In this document: positions 1-13,200 of the stretch, piece after piece
Numbering within the stretch: position 1 is the stretch's first letter
Layout of the letters: every line of letters starts with the position of its first letter
Assembly (NCBI RefSeq): GCF_026571515.1
Contig: NW_026854157.1
Span: forward strand, 372,001-436,000
From: Ruditapes philippinarum
Taxonomy: Eukaryota
Direction of reading: 5' to 3'
Length of the DNA: 64,000 nucleotides
Program-made: the position numbers and the translations under genes
Notes under the pieces: model-generated
Database searches by the model: none
What the model saw: only the letters and a program-made list of their open reading frames with translations
Told to the model about the DNA's origin: nothing

Positions 1-1167
1 TCAAGGTCAATAACTTCAACAAAACTGAAAAAATCCGCATGCAAAGTCCCCGGTGCATAGCTTCAGTGATGTTGATAACATTCCTGTAAAGCTGCTTGAT
101 TCTTACTCAAGCACTCAAGAAACAAATACCACAGCATAATGAAACGGTTTTTACAAATTCAAGTGCAATAACTCTACAAATACTAGATAAATATACAAGC
201 GAAACCTAAGGTGCACAACTACACATGCTGATCAACATTCCTGTTAAGTTTCATGACTCTAGGTTAAATACGTTTTCAACTATGCACCACACAAATTGAA
301 AATTGCAAATTTTCACTAAGTTAAGGACAATAACTATAAATTCACAAGAAAAAGCCCAGGTGCACAACTTCACATGCTGATCAACTTTCTCGTAAAGTTT
401 CATGACCCTATGTCATATAATTTTTGAGCTACCTGTGACACAAGTTACAATTTCAAATTTTTAATAAGTCAAGGACAATAACTCTGCAAGTACTATAATA
501 ATCCATACGAAACTATCCACGTGTACAATTTCACATGCTGATCAACTTTCCCGTGAAGTTTGATGACCCTAGGTTAAATACTTTTTGAGGTACATGCGAC
601 ACAAGTTGAAAATTGCAAATTTTTACTAAGTCAACGGCAATAACTCTTGCTAACAAAAAGCACAACTTCACATAGTGAGCAACATTCCTATAAAGTTTCG
701 TGACTCTAGGTCAAAAACTTTTTGCGTTATGTGCGACACAAGTTGAAAATTATAATTTTTTACTAAGTCAAGGGCAATGACTCTAAAAATACTAAAAAAT
801 CCACATGAAAATACCCATGTACACAACTTCACATGCTGATCAACATTCCTGTAAAATTTCATTACTCTATAGCTAGGTCACAATACTTTTTACTTACATG
901 CGACAAAAGTTGAAAATAGCAAATTTTTACTAAGTCAATGGCAATAACTCTAAAAATACTGAATAAATCCAGACGAAAATACCCGGGTGCACAACTACAC
1001 ATGCTGATCAACATTCCTGTAAAGTTTCATGACTCTATGTCACATTTTTTTGAGCTACGTGCGACACAAAAGAGAACGGACGGACGAACGAAAAAAGGAC
1101 GGACGGACGGATGGACGGACAGGGTTAAATCTAAATGCCCCCGGCCCCTAAACTGGGGGCACACAAA
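1..1167 (+). mobile_element. Non-autonomous Helentron-associated (HINE/pearl-like) element with internal ~150-165 bp tandem repeats; 5' end outside the window
   Basis: A unit anchored on CACATGCTGATCAAC recurs at about 222, 371, 532, 829 and 998. It is followed by a (GGAC)n microsatellite at ~1078-1120 and a terminal hairpin TGCCCCC...GGGGGCA at 1136-1161. This is the usual layout of bivalve pearl/HINE elements. Confidence 0.75.
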
Positions 1168-1945
1168 TGAAAGTCATTGATTGTAATGAAAAGAACATGC
1201 TTGATATGGAAGTCTCGGGTTTGTTTTTTATAGTTACTATCAATTCACAAGTTGCTATTGAAAGTCGTTCTCTGATATATATATATAGATTATTGGTTGC
1301 TATCAAAAGTCAATGTGATTGAAATCTACAGAAGTAACTAACTACATGTTTACATGGTCGCAGTGTGATTATGTTTTGTGGTTTAAATTATGACAACGTC
1401 AAACGAAAACATTTTGCTTTTGGACAGTGATAGAAAAATAGAAACAAGTGGTCGGGATTTGGGGTAGGGATTGCGATTATTTCCACGTTTCAATTGGCTC
1501 GTTCATACCTTTTAATAGTATTATCACACAAATAGGTCAATAACATATTTGGGAGATGGTGTTTGTTTAAATATATTGAATAACTCAATTAAAAAAGTTT
1601 TCATCATCCATTAACTGACATTAATAAATAATTGAAAAAAGAAACACTCGACAAATTATTTTTGGAGTCTTTGGGCAAACATTTGAAAAAAGAATCAAGA
1701 GAAGTAAATATTAGAAAAATAAAAAATAAAATATAAGAAATAACAAAATGCCTTTACTGATAAAGAATATGTATTTATTACAAAATCAACACACAAGCAA
1801 TAGTTGTAACATTTCACTGCGACAGTGTTCAATTTGTATGTTTCAATATATAAATTGATATAAAAGGACGGAACAAGAGATTAACGATGAAATAAAACAT
1901 ATTTATTTTAGATATGTATATTTCTATTTATTTAACTACACTGTT

Positions 1946-4900
1946 TTACTGACATTGGGCAACACCTTTTAGTACGATGGATGTTCCATCAATGCGTAAC
2001 AACGAAGGCCATACTAAGTAATCAATGAGTGTCCCTGTTTTAGTAAAGGCTCTGTACATTTCTGTTGAGAAAATGTCTCTATGTGTGGTATTGTCGCTTT
2101 GAATTTTCAGTTTGTCTTTGTTCTCATATATTTCCCAACACACGTCAAAACATTTGTTTATGTAAGATCTGACAGCACCGTAACCTGTTGGAATTTTGGT
2201 ATCTTGCGACTTCAAATATTTTAAGTATTTCTGAAATAAAAACATATCTCATTTGATTCAGACCTGTAATTTATATATGAAATACAGGAAACTTTGTTAG
2301 TATCGAACTTTTTGGGAACTTGTATGTTCCTTGTAAAGGAACACATCATCGCCAATCTTTACATGGACACGAGTATTTAATAAAATGTAACTTAAGTATA
2401 TTTTAATGTTAACGCCTTTGCAACTTGTGCGAATAGCAATGGACATAATATATCTCCTTGCTTTATTTCTCTTGTGTCATCGGAACAGTGAGATAAGTAA
2501 GACAGTGAAGTTTACTGTTACAGTATATACATTTTGCTTAACAAAATATATGCAACTAAAAGATGACTGATTATTATATGATAAGGAGGTAAAGCAATAT
2601 ATACCAAGAAGTGAAATCTAATTCAACATTGTATCACGTTACAATTTCAGTACGAGGCATGTGCTGTATGCAGATACCCACATTATTCACATAAAAAAGG
2701 AAAATAAGTGCGTGGGACGTGAAGAAAAATCATACACAAACACTTAAAAAAGAGTCAAGGAGGATAATGAACTAATGAAATTTGTTTGCTCAGTTCTTGA
2801 TCAAATTACTAAGTTATCTTGATTGAACTATAGCCCAAAAACATATAACTTACTTCAAGGGCAGATTCTTTTGTTGGCTTACTTATTCGGAACTGTTTCC
2901 CTTCTTTTTCGTTTTCAATATATTGCATAGCGTCCTAAAAAGATAAATTTGTCACTGAAAGCCATATAAATGAAATATTTTTTGTAGCCATCACACTCTT
3001 TAAAGTTTTAGCTAAACATGCATATTCTTCGGAAAAGAATTATATGTGTGCTACTAGATAAACAACTTGAACTGCAATAAAAGAGATCGGAAAAATAAAT
3101 CGGTTTGTATGGGACTGAAAATCAACAATAATACATTTAACTGTACATTTTGTAGTCGAATCGTTAAAAGTTCTGAAATATTACAAACATCTAATAAATA
3201 AATCCATTGCGGTTGTATATTTATCAAAGTCAAAGTCACTCCTGCTTACAAAGAGAATCTTTTTTAGAATCATTACTATTTCCTTCTCGTCCTTGATTAT
3301 TTTGTCTAATTCTTCAAATGCATTTGAATGATGTGTATCATAAAGCTCATTGTATGAATCCAAAATGTCTTTGATGTCAGCGGTATCCTTTGTTTTGAGG
3401 TTTGCAGAAAGCTGTATAATTTCTTGACGCATGCTAAAAAATACCTTGAATACTTTAATTTGATATAGATGTTTTGATTTGTTTTATAATTGTTATATCT
3501 TATTTAAGCTATCAATTAAGTGCATGCAGTTGATTGAAGGAGATATCAACAAAATGAATACATAAATAAAAACATGTATGTAAGCAAATTAATAAAGATG
3601 AATAAAAAAGATAAATAAACCGGATAAATGAACAAGAGGGCCATGATGGCCCAAGATCGCTCACCTGACCCATCGAACTCATCCGAACAATTACCTAGAC
3701 AGGTGAGTCAAAAATGTGACAACTACAGTTTTAACAAGGATAATCCATATTTGAGCAGTGTGACCTAGTTTCTTACCCAGGTGTCCCATATTCGAACTTA
3801 ACCTAGATATCATCAAAACAATCTTTCAGACCAATTTCCAGGATACTTGGATCAAAACAGTAGCCACTAGTGTTAACAAGATTTTTCTATTTTTAGCTCC
3901 GGTGACCTAGTTTTTCATGCGAGATAACCCATGTCCGAGAAATTACCTAGACAAGCATCCTGACCACGTTTGATGATAATTGAGTCAAAAATGTGATCAC
4001 TAGAATGTTAACAAGGTTTTTGCATATTTGGGCAGTGTGACCTAGTTTTTAACTTCAGGTGACTCATATTCAAACTTGACCTGGAAATCATCAAAGCAAA
4101 CTTTCAGACCAATTTTCATGATATCTGGATCAAAACAGTAGCCACTAGAGTGTTAACAAGATTTTTCTATTTAAGCTCCTGTGACCTAGTTTTTGACCCC
4201 AGGTGACCCATATTCAAACTTGAACTAGAAATCATCAAAGCAAACTTTCAGACTAATTTACAGGATATCTGGATTAAAACAGTAGCCACTAGAGAGTTAA
4301 CACGTTTTTTCTATATTTAGCTCCTGTGACCTAGTTTTTCATCTGAGATGACACTTGTTCGAACGTATTCGAGCAATTACCTAGACAAGCATCCTGACCA
4401 AGGTTAATGACAATTGAGACACAAATGTGACCACTAGAATGTTAACAAGATTTTGCTATTTTTTAGCTCTTGTGACATAGTTTTTCATCTGATATGACCC
4501 AAGTTAAACTCATTTGAGCTGTCAACAAGATAAGCATCCCGACAAAGTTTGATGATGATTGAGGCAAAAAAGTGACCGCTAGAGTGTCAATGAACAAGTG
4601 CGGACGGACGACGGACGACAGACAATGGCCGACGGACATTCAACGAGCCTAAAAACTCACCCGAGCTAGCTCAGGTGAGCTAAAAAGGATAAATAATCAA
4701 GAAAAACGAAAGAAACAAAACAAACACAATAAATAAACGGGTAAATGAATAATAAATAAAATTAAAAACAATGAAACAAACTTAATCATGTGTAAAACAG
4801 TTTGCTAGGCTCGTAAAAGATATGGTAATATACAACTATGGTTGTCGCATAACAAAATCTGACAAAATCGATAAACTGATAAATAAAATGGGCCAGTAAT

Positions 4901-5648
4901 AATGAGAAATAATAAATACACTCAATGCATACAGAACTGTATTGAACAAAATTTTATCAGTGTGTAAAGTATCTATTTACAAAAGACTTAAATTTGTGTT
5001 ATTTGATATAAATAAAGGGTATTAGTTGAAATGCAAAATATAAACGGTCGTTTAAATGTACAAAAAAAACCTTGGCCATAATATTTTTCATTAAAATACA
5101 TTATTTCATACCTTTGTAATTCATTAGTTTTAGATTCCAATTCGTGTTGTAACTGAAGAACCTTTTCGTCCAACTCGGATATGCATTTATCTCTCGCACG
5201 CAAATCCGAATTGTGCTGTTTTATTAGGGCTTTATTTTCATCTTGTGCATTCCAAAGTTCGTTTTTAAGCAAAAAATTTTCCGTATCTTGATCCTGAAGC
5301 GTAAAATTAATGACTTAATCTAATATTTAACGGACTCATTAACATCATCATCTTTTATATTTCAATGTATAAAACTTTTCGTTTATTTTTAGATATTAGC
5401 AGACACAAAATATGACTGAAAAAAGTGTTTTAGTATGTATGAATTAGAATATTACTTTGTTATGTTATGAAAGCTATCATGAAATGAATAAATTAACATG
5501 TTTGCTGATCATTCAAAACACTTGCAAATAAAAAAAAACTTTATTCATGAAGTATACGTTAACTTACCTCGGCAATGTATCTGCAATCTTCTAACTGAAT
5601 TTGTGATTTAACCAATATATCACAAACCTCATTTAATTCGTCGTCCAT
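1946..5648 (-). CDS. Short MIEAP/SPATA18 C-terminal-domain-like coiled-coil protein, copy A1 (5 coding exons, 270 aa)
   Basis: GT-AG exons 5648-5568 (MDDELNEVC...), 5293-5112 (coiled coil), 3433-3250 (DSYNELYDTHHSNAFEEL), 2934-2854 and 2230-1946 (CFDVCW...YRAFTKTG..IDYLVWPSLL...KGVAQCQ*). Phases join without stops (813 nt). The VWP.L..KG.A end resembles the MIEAP domain. A probable 5'UTR exon donor lies near 5960. Confidence 0.85.
3631..4686 (+). mobile_element. HINE/pearl-like non-autonomous element in A1 intron 2
   Basis: 5' end AACAAGAGGGCCATGATGGCCC..GCTCACCTG; ~140-145 bp internal repeats anchored on TGACCTAGTTTT; (GACG/GGAC)n tract; 3' hairpin CTCACC..GGTGAGCTAAAAA. Confidence 0.8.
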
Positions 5649-8600
5649 TGAATTTTGTCTGTTTCCACGATGTATAAAATTGTAAATTGATTGTATATTT
5701 ACCACTAAAATACTTTAAAAAAGCGTATCGAACCTTTAATAAGACTGTAGTTACTCACGGTCTTTTATCTCCGAGATAGGTTTTTTTGTTTCATTTAAAA
5801 TATGTTTACAACCAATTGATTTTTGAGAAAAGAATATTTCAATGAGTATATTTGTAAAATAATAAAGTTCATAACAAATTATGTAAAACAAACATACGAC
5901 GTTAAATTTCGTTCTAAGTAAATTATTGATATAAATACATTTGAAAACTTAAACTCTTACCTTTCGTGTGGCGAGGTGACAGCAGGGTAAAATATTAAAT
6001 CACAACGACCTCTTTTCAAGTTAAACATGTAAACACTTGTTCAAAAGCGTTTGATATAGAAAAGTATAATGATTGTGACATTAAAACGATTCAAAATGTC
6101 TTAAGTAACTGTGTCACCTGTATCATCTAAGCAAACTTGCGCGGATGGAATACAGTTATATTTTTTGTCGGTGCGCTTCCGAAAGGATGGTTTCAGAAAA
6201 TTCAATAGGATGACAGAAAAAAGGGGATAACCGACCATTTTTTTGAGTTATATTCATTGCATTTTCTGATTTTAATGTATTGTAAGTTAGTTTATCTTTT
6301 TCTTCTTAACTTAAGACTATTTAAAATGTCTTTATAGAAATTCGTGAAATTTAATGCTGTGAAGAACATGACCTATTTAGCAATGTTTGTCGAACGTGTA
6401 AGTTAGTTATCTGTCATTGAAATTATTTATAAATGTAAACTCTATAAAACGTACAATAAAACTATTCAAATCTAATTCATGATATGGTGAATACATTTTT
6501 TATTACTTAAAGTAATGAATATTTTGGAAGCTTTTGTATAATTGAATATTTGAATAATTATTGATTGAATTATAATGCGAGTATCGATCATTTTACATAA
6601 AACAAGGTAATCTAATTTCATTTCAAATATATTGGGGACATCGCTTGATCAATCTTAAACATGCATGACTACATAGTTATGTGTCAGATTTTATAAAACA
6701 AACATTGCCTACTTAAAACGACCTTCAAAGCGGCATAATCATTCAATGTAACGTGTTAATGTTTCTTCATTGAAAATATAAAAATATCTAATTTTGTATT
6801 AACTTTGTAAGAAAATGAAATAAAATACATGCAATTTATTTATTTCCGTCGTTAACGACAACATTCATGTAATGCAGGTACAAAACACAGTTTACAATAT
6901 ATGCGTGTGTAAACAATATACCCGTGTGTTAGTATTATTCAATGCAATTGCTTAGATCGAAATGAATTGTCAATGCTAATTGTCTGTTTGGCATAGGAAC
7001 TATTACACTTTTCAACAAAGCTACATTTAGCCGACTGTTACTTTTCCTTTCTTTCCTTAACATTGCCTTTTTCTCACACAAAAGATGTTAAACAGGGTCT
7101 TAATTCATTTTAGATGAACCAACTATTTCGACTTTATTTAAGCTTGTGATTAAACGATTAACGTCACAAATCTATTATTAACAAGGGGTGTGGTGTCGCA
7201 GTCGTTAATATAGTAGGTATAAGTAATTCCTATTACAGGCAATCTTTAGTTAAAATCGTGAATTCATGAAGTTGAATTATAGTTAATTCACAACGGAGAA
7301 ATAAATCATTGTGAATTCACGAAGATGAAGTTGGGAATTCGTGGAGTTGAAATGTCCTCATCGGTCTTTCGTAACATATGTTTTTTTTTGCTTTCTCCTT
7401 TAATGCTTTCTTAGAATGTTTAAAGCCATTACTTATCTGTGTGTATTGCGTTTTCTTTTTTATTCTCATTGAACTTGAAAATAATATTCAATTTTAAAGC
7501 AAACATAATTATATGTTTTTTAGCATCTAATCACATTTAAAAGACATAGATACCAATTCTTGATGACCATAACGTACATGTATATATCAGAAAACAACGG
7601 TCAGAAAGGCTGATATGTTATCTTATTCAAACACGTCGAAGCTGTAAGATTCATAAGGTCCAGGTCAAGTTTTAACGTCAATATAATAGTAAATATTGAG
7701 CGATGTCAGTGCATATTTCTGGATACTATAATAACTTCCTTTTAAAAGCTGCACAGCTTTTAATGGTACCCATGCTGTATTTTCGTGTTACATTTGATTT
7801 CAGCTTCTTAAGCCTTGCCTTGTTATCAGGATTGTTTTACTTTTATTGTTATTGTCATTATTATGCACTTCACGCTTATGACATATTTAAATTGTGACAA
7901 TATAGTTTTAAATCATCAGTCAATCGATTACATATTACACTGCATTTGTAGCTTTGTGAATACTTTAACGTTGCTTCACTAAGAAAGTGAACGATAGTGA
8001 AACAGTTGACCAATACACAGGAGACTAGTAACATATAGTTTAAATACGTTTTTGAAAGTCCGATCGTTTGCGACCTTAAGTTTTGAGGATTGACACAATC
8101 AATGTCACTCTCGATGACATTATTTTTGTTCTAAACATTCGAATTGTTTTTCTACTTTATTGAACAGTTGTCTGATTCAGTACACATTCAATAGTGAAGT
8201 CACACCTTTCTGTGTAAAAGGGAAATAATTACTGCGTGAGTAAAATGGAAGATATAAGCAGTTATTTGCCCTTATATGAAAATCTAAATAATTGGCGCGA
8301 CAATATTACCAGACAGTCACGTGCACACACTCGGTCAAATATGTTACAAATTTGTAAAATACAAACATATATTTCGGGTAAAAACATCGTATCTTTCATA
8401 TTGCTTTAAACTTTCGTTTTGCAAAATGAAACGTTTATATGAATATGTGATAATTTCAATAAATTCAGGTATGAAATTCTCTCATATTGAATTGAAACAT
8501 TCCATGCCATAATTGAATTGGTAACCTTATCATAATAGTGCATCTTTAAATAGATGCTGCACACAATTTGTTTTTGACTTGTTTTACTTCAAATTTTAAT

Positions 8601-8794
8601 AGTATTGTTAAAAAGAAACACGACAAAAATACTTTTATTTTTTTTATTTCTCACCGAATCAATGCACTCATATAAAACACTTCAAGTAATTAAATAGATT
8701 TTATTGCATTGTGTTCATCATTTCTTATTATAATACATAATATAATAACAACTATGATTCTGTTTAAAGTATATTCATCAACATTTGCAGAGAC

Positions 8795-8920
8795 CATTTA
8801 TGTACCGTGCGACAGCTATTTAGATTTCTCACATGAACAAATTCAAACTCGTTGTCGGGATTTGAGTCTACAGTGGTGAGGAGCAAGTGGTTCGAAGTAA
8901 ACGGCCATAACCACGCCGAT
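8795..8920 (-). mobile_element. Degenerate tRNA-derived SINE head (same family as 45661-45947)
   Basis: The reverse complement reads GGCGTGGTTATGGCCGTTTACTTCGAACCACTTGCTCCTCACCACTGTAGACTCAAATCCCGACA, matching the 45.7-kb SINE head. Confidence 0.6.
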
Positions 8921-10277
8921 ACAGACAAAAGTAAACATACTTTAGCAGAGAGGAGACCCATGCAGACATGTGTATAAGTATTCCGTATATAACATATATG
9001 TTAGTATAATCTAAAATAAAATAAAAAATGAAGGCTACTTAATAGTAAAATTTTAGTAGTAAAATACATATTTGTTATTAAAAGCAACTTTTTAATTCAT
9101 TTTTTTTGTTGTTAAATAACTTTCTATTTCTTTATTCAACAAAGTCACTTATAAAATAATAAAAGAAACAAATAATGATAAGTACAACACAAATGTTTTA
9201 CTTATCTTATTTACAGTTGGCATTCAATTTTCGTTCTGGATGGTCAATAAGTGACATAAAGTTAATAGCGTTGAACTTTTAATTTGGAATTAATAGTATA
9301 CATGTATGTTTTGCTTTGTCATCGATTGTCAAAACATGAAATTGTGTGTTATATTTACCCTAAGTAGAAGAAAAAAACACATATACTCCTCGGAATATAA
9401 TTAATGATTAAGATTTGTTTTATTTACAAATGGGTTGATTTTATTTTATAGCATCTGAAAACAGTGATTTCCTTTGTACCATCATCTGTTATGTACAGAA
9501 AATCAAAAGTAAATTCTACAAATATCCGAAAGAATCAACCTGTTGGATTAAAGTCTATAAAATTTTTCTCATCACTGTAAGGGAACAGAACTTTACCAGT
9601 GAAAGTACATACTTTATAACTTTAATTCTTGCATCGGTAATGAAATTTCACTATCTGATAAGAGTGAAATAATTTACTGCATAAAAAGGGCTTTACATTG
9701 CCAATGTATAGGGCCACTAAGTATTCCGGAATAAAAATGAATATAGATACACAACAATAAAATAAAAAACCTTTGTGTATTTGTAAAGGAAATTTTTATA
9801 AAATTTGATTAAAGATAAATACATTGTAAATGATTTTTGAATTTATTTAATAAAGTTGGGAAATTTCTATAAGATCATGTTATTGGAGTTCATAACGGAT
9901 AATGTATTAGTAACGATATTGGCAATTAATACAAAGCATATGAAATGTGTTTTATACAAAATGGGTTTGCCCTTGTATAAAAATGCGAGATATATCAATG
10001 TATAATTATACGATCATCGTATATATGGTTTATTATGTAAATTGTTATAGCTCACATTGCCATGTTTTTCATGGATTTAGTATTAAAATAAACTTATAAA
10101 CTAATATTTAAAACCCATTCAGTCAAAACACCTAGTAGTACATAATCTAATTAATTCCAAACTAAAAGATTTGACCGACACCTCAATATCTCCAAACCGT
10201 TGGGTGTATTACTTTTTCCTGTGTGTAATGAGGTCTACTACGATAACGTGATGACGTTTCAGGGCTTCTGTATTTAT

Positions 10278-13200
10278 CTATTTTACTCTAGCCTTGCGAT
10301 GACTAATGCTCGCCTGGTAGTCATTGTACGGTCGCTCATATTTCTTGTATTTATAATTATGATCCCACTTATATGTGCTATATTGACTTGCATCGCTCAG
10401 ATCGCTATTCGAATACTCAGATGTGCCATATCTATGCGGTAGGCTTGCTTTTGTTGAGTACGGCCTTTTAATATCATATGATGTCTTCTCATCCATATAT
10501 CCTTCCGGGTATCGGTTTGGGCTAGAGAAGAAAACATCAGTTTCATCATTTGAATTGAGATGTCTTTCATACAATTTTGGTGCAGATTTTGGTCGCTGCG
10601 AATAATCTGCTTTTCCTTGAGCAACTCCTTTGCAAAGAATTGCACCACCTTTATGCAATAAAAGAGCAGGCAAAACAACATACGCCACAGTGTTTCCTCT
10701 CTGTGTGTATGCTTTGTATAAATCCGTATTGAAAACATCTCCTCGCCTAACATTAGGACCAAAGCAAAGAGGAGGGTCTTGAACCTAAAATGATCATAAA
10801 CTGAAATCATGAAAAGTTGATAATATTTGAATTTATTAATTAGACTCAACAAAATACCAAACAAATCTATACTACTCTTATAAGCTGCATTTTATAAAAT
10901 ATTGTAATATGTTAATATATATATTTTTCTGTCGGCCTAGAATCTAAGCATTCTACGGTTCGATAAACTTATTGTACCAGTTTGTTATTAATGTTATCAA
11001 ATATTGTTCAGAAATTGTGACAACCAAATGATAACACTAAAGGTTGTGTACGGAAGATAATATTCCAATGAAGACTATAATAAGTTTGTGTATGCACAGA
11101 TGCAATAGAAACGTAGCAGTTCTTTTTGTCGAAAACGACAAATGCTGAATTTTCCTATCTAATCCGGATGTGCAAACATACTGTTAACTTTATTGATTCA
11201 AGGTACAAAAAGTCGGTCGCTTTGAAACATATGTTATATAGATATATTCTGTACATAAGACTACGCCACAATGAGGTTACAGAGATTTACGCTTATCAAA
11301 CAAATTGTATTCGTCTAGACACCACAATAAGAACGGGAGTCAGTATGATACCCATTTTCAATGAAATATAGATTTTGTAATAATATTATATACAATACAA
11401 TGTTACAGGCCTAGTAGGGAAGTATAGTTTCGTATATTTCATGTTGCAATGTATGTAACACACATAATACTTGACAAAAACATGACAAAATGGCGAATAT
11501 TACTTACTGTCATTAGCCAACATAAGTTGAAACATGCCTCGAGATATTTCGGAACAGATCTAACTTTTACTGCAGTGAATGTTCTGGATTCTTTCAGTTC
11601 TTCAAGGTATTTCTACAAGTGCACAGATAAGTATTAAACAATGAAATCAATTCATAACCGAAGTTGAAGATGAGAAACATTATGAAACAAAGAAAACCCT
11701 GTTGAAATAATAGTGACGAGGCTACTGTATATATCTATATATATATTTGAAGCTTTTAAATGGAATGTAAAAGTAAATAAAGGAAGAGCATGGTGAATAT
11801 GACCTTTGACCTCATGATCACATGAGGTAAATAAAGGAAGAGCTTGTGAATATGACCTTTGACATCATGGTCACATGAAGAATAAAGAGTTTAAGACGTA
11901 ATGGGTTGATCACACATCAAGTTTCTCTTGACGACTGTGACCACAAGTAATATAAAACTCAATATAGGTGAAATTCTACACATTAAGGATTTGGAAGCAG
12001 GCTGGTAAAATTAAGCCCAAGTTAAAAAGCGGTAACATATGTCCATTTCAATGTAGCATAAACTGCTGAATTATTACTAAAATGCCTGCCTTTTGACCAG
12101 GTTAAAACAACATGTCTCCTCCCCGACAGGTAATACACAATGTATATAATATATATAAAAGCTTGATCCAATACCTTATGCACTTGCTTCCCAGAATATA
12201 CAGCCACAGCTTTCCTACATTCCTTCAATGGTTTGTAAATACTTGAAATTACACAATTGTCCACCTACAATAATATTTGATTAAATAAAACATCATTCTT
12301 CTGGTAATAACAATATCATTATTCATGTTTTAGTAAAAGTTTATAAAAAATGAGTGTCAGAGATGTCAAATATTAATGCTAAGCTTACTTGTTAATAATG
12401 AAAATTACCCTCTCTACTACAATGAAGGATTTAAATTTGAAATTATACTTGTTATATTGTACTTTTATAAAAACAAACGGGAGATGTTTACATCACTTTA
12501 CTTTGATTGACAAATATCTTATCTGTTTTGTCGATTGCAAAAGGACCTGTGTGGTAGTTGCTCTTTGGCAAAATTGGTTATCCTATAAAGACTTTGAGTG
12601 CACGTAATAAAATTGTCATCCAATTTAGATATTGGTTGCGAAATGCATGCCTTAATCTTAGCATGTAACCGATATAAAATTATGAAGCGAAATACTTTTA
12701 TGTCGTCCTGTGTTATGACAAGTTGTATTTCTTTCATTTGCTTTTCTGCAAGTTTTTCGCAAACACACTTTGTTTCCTGAAATATATAAAAATAATAAAT
12801 TAGAACTTTCTCTTTATTCTTTCGAAAAATAAAATATAATTATATTAGGCATGTGATCACTTTCTTACGTTACTAGCACATCGAGGTATTGCATGCATTA
12901 GACATATTAAATGCGTATAATTATACAATTATCGATAAAAGAACCATTGAATATTAAGAGGATATTTTTTCGTTTCAGTGAAATATGGAATATATTTTCA
13001 CGAAACATGATAAAATGCCACCTTATTTTACGAGCTTTTTCAAAATGACAAGGCAAACTTTAAGCAAAAGCAGATCTAAAATTTAAATCTTAAACTGATA
13101 TCATAAAATTCATAGTTGCTTTTGCTGTAGGAACAATATAGTTGCTAAGGAAATCAGTGTTTTTCTTGGAAGTCACTGAATGCTATGGAATTTAATGGTA

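Noticed and set aside
1946-5648. Assigning the symbol SPATA18/MIEAP
   Set aside because: Only C-terminal domain motifs resemble it. These are multi-copy lineage-specific paralogs and orthology is not shown.
10200-10864. Overlapping or antisense ORFs (10200+, 10397-, 10423+, 16139+, 20927+, 35476+, 35509-, 39196+, 53517+)
   Set aside because: They are shadow frames of real exons, low complexity and without recognisable motifs.
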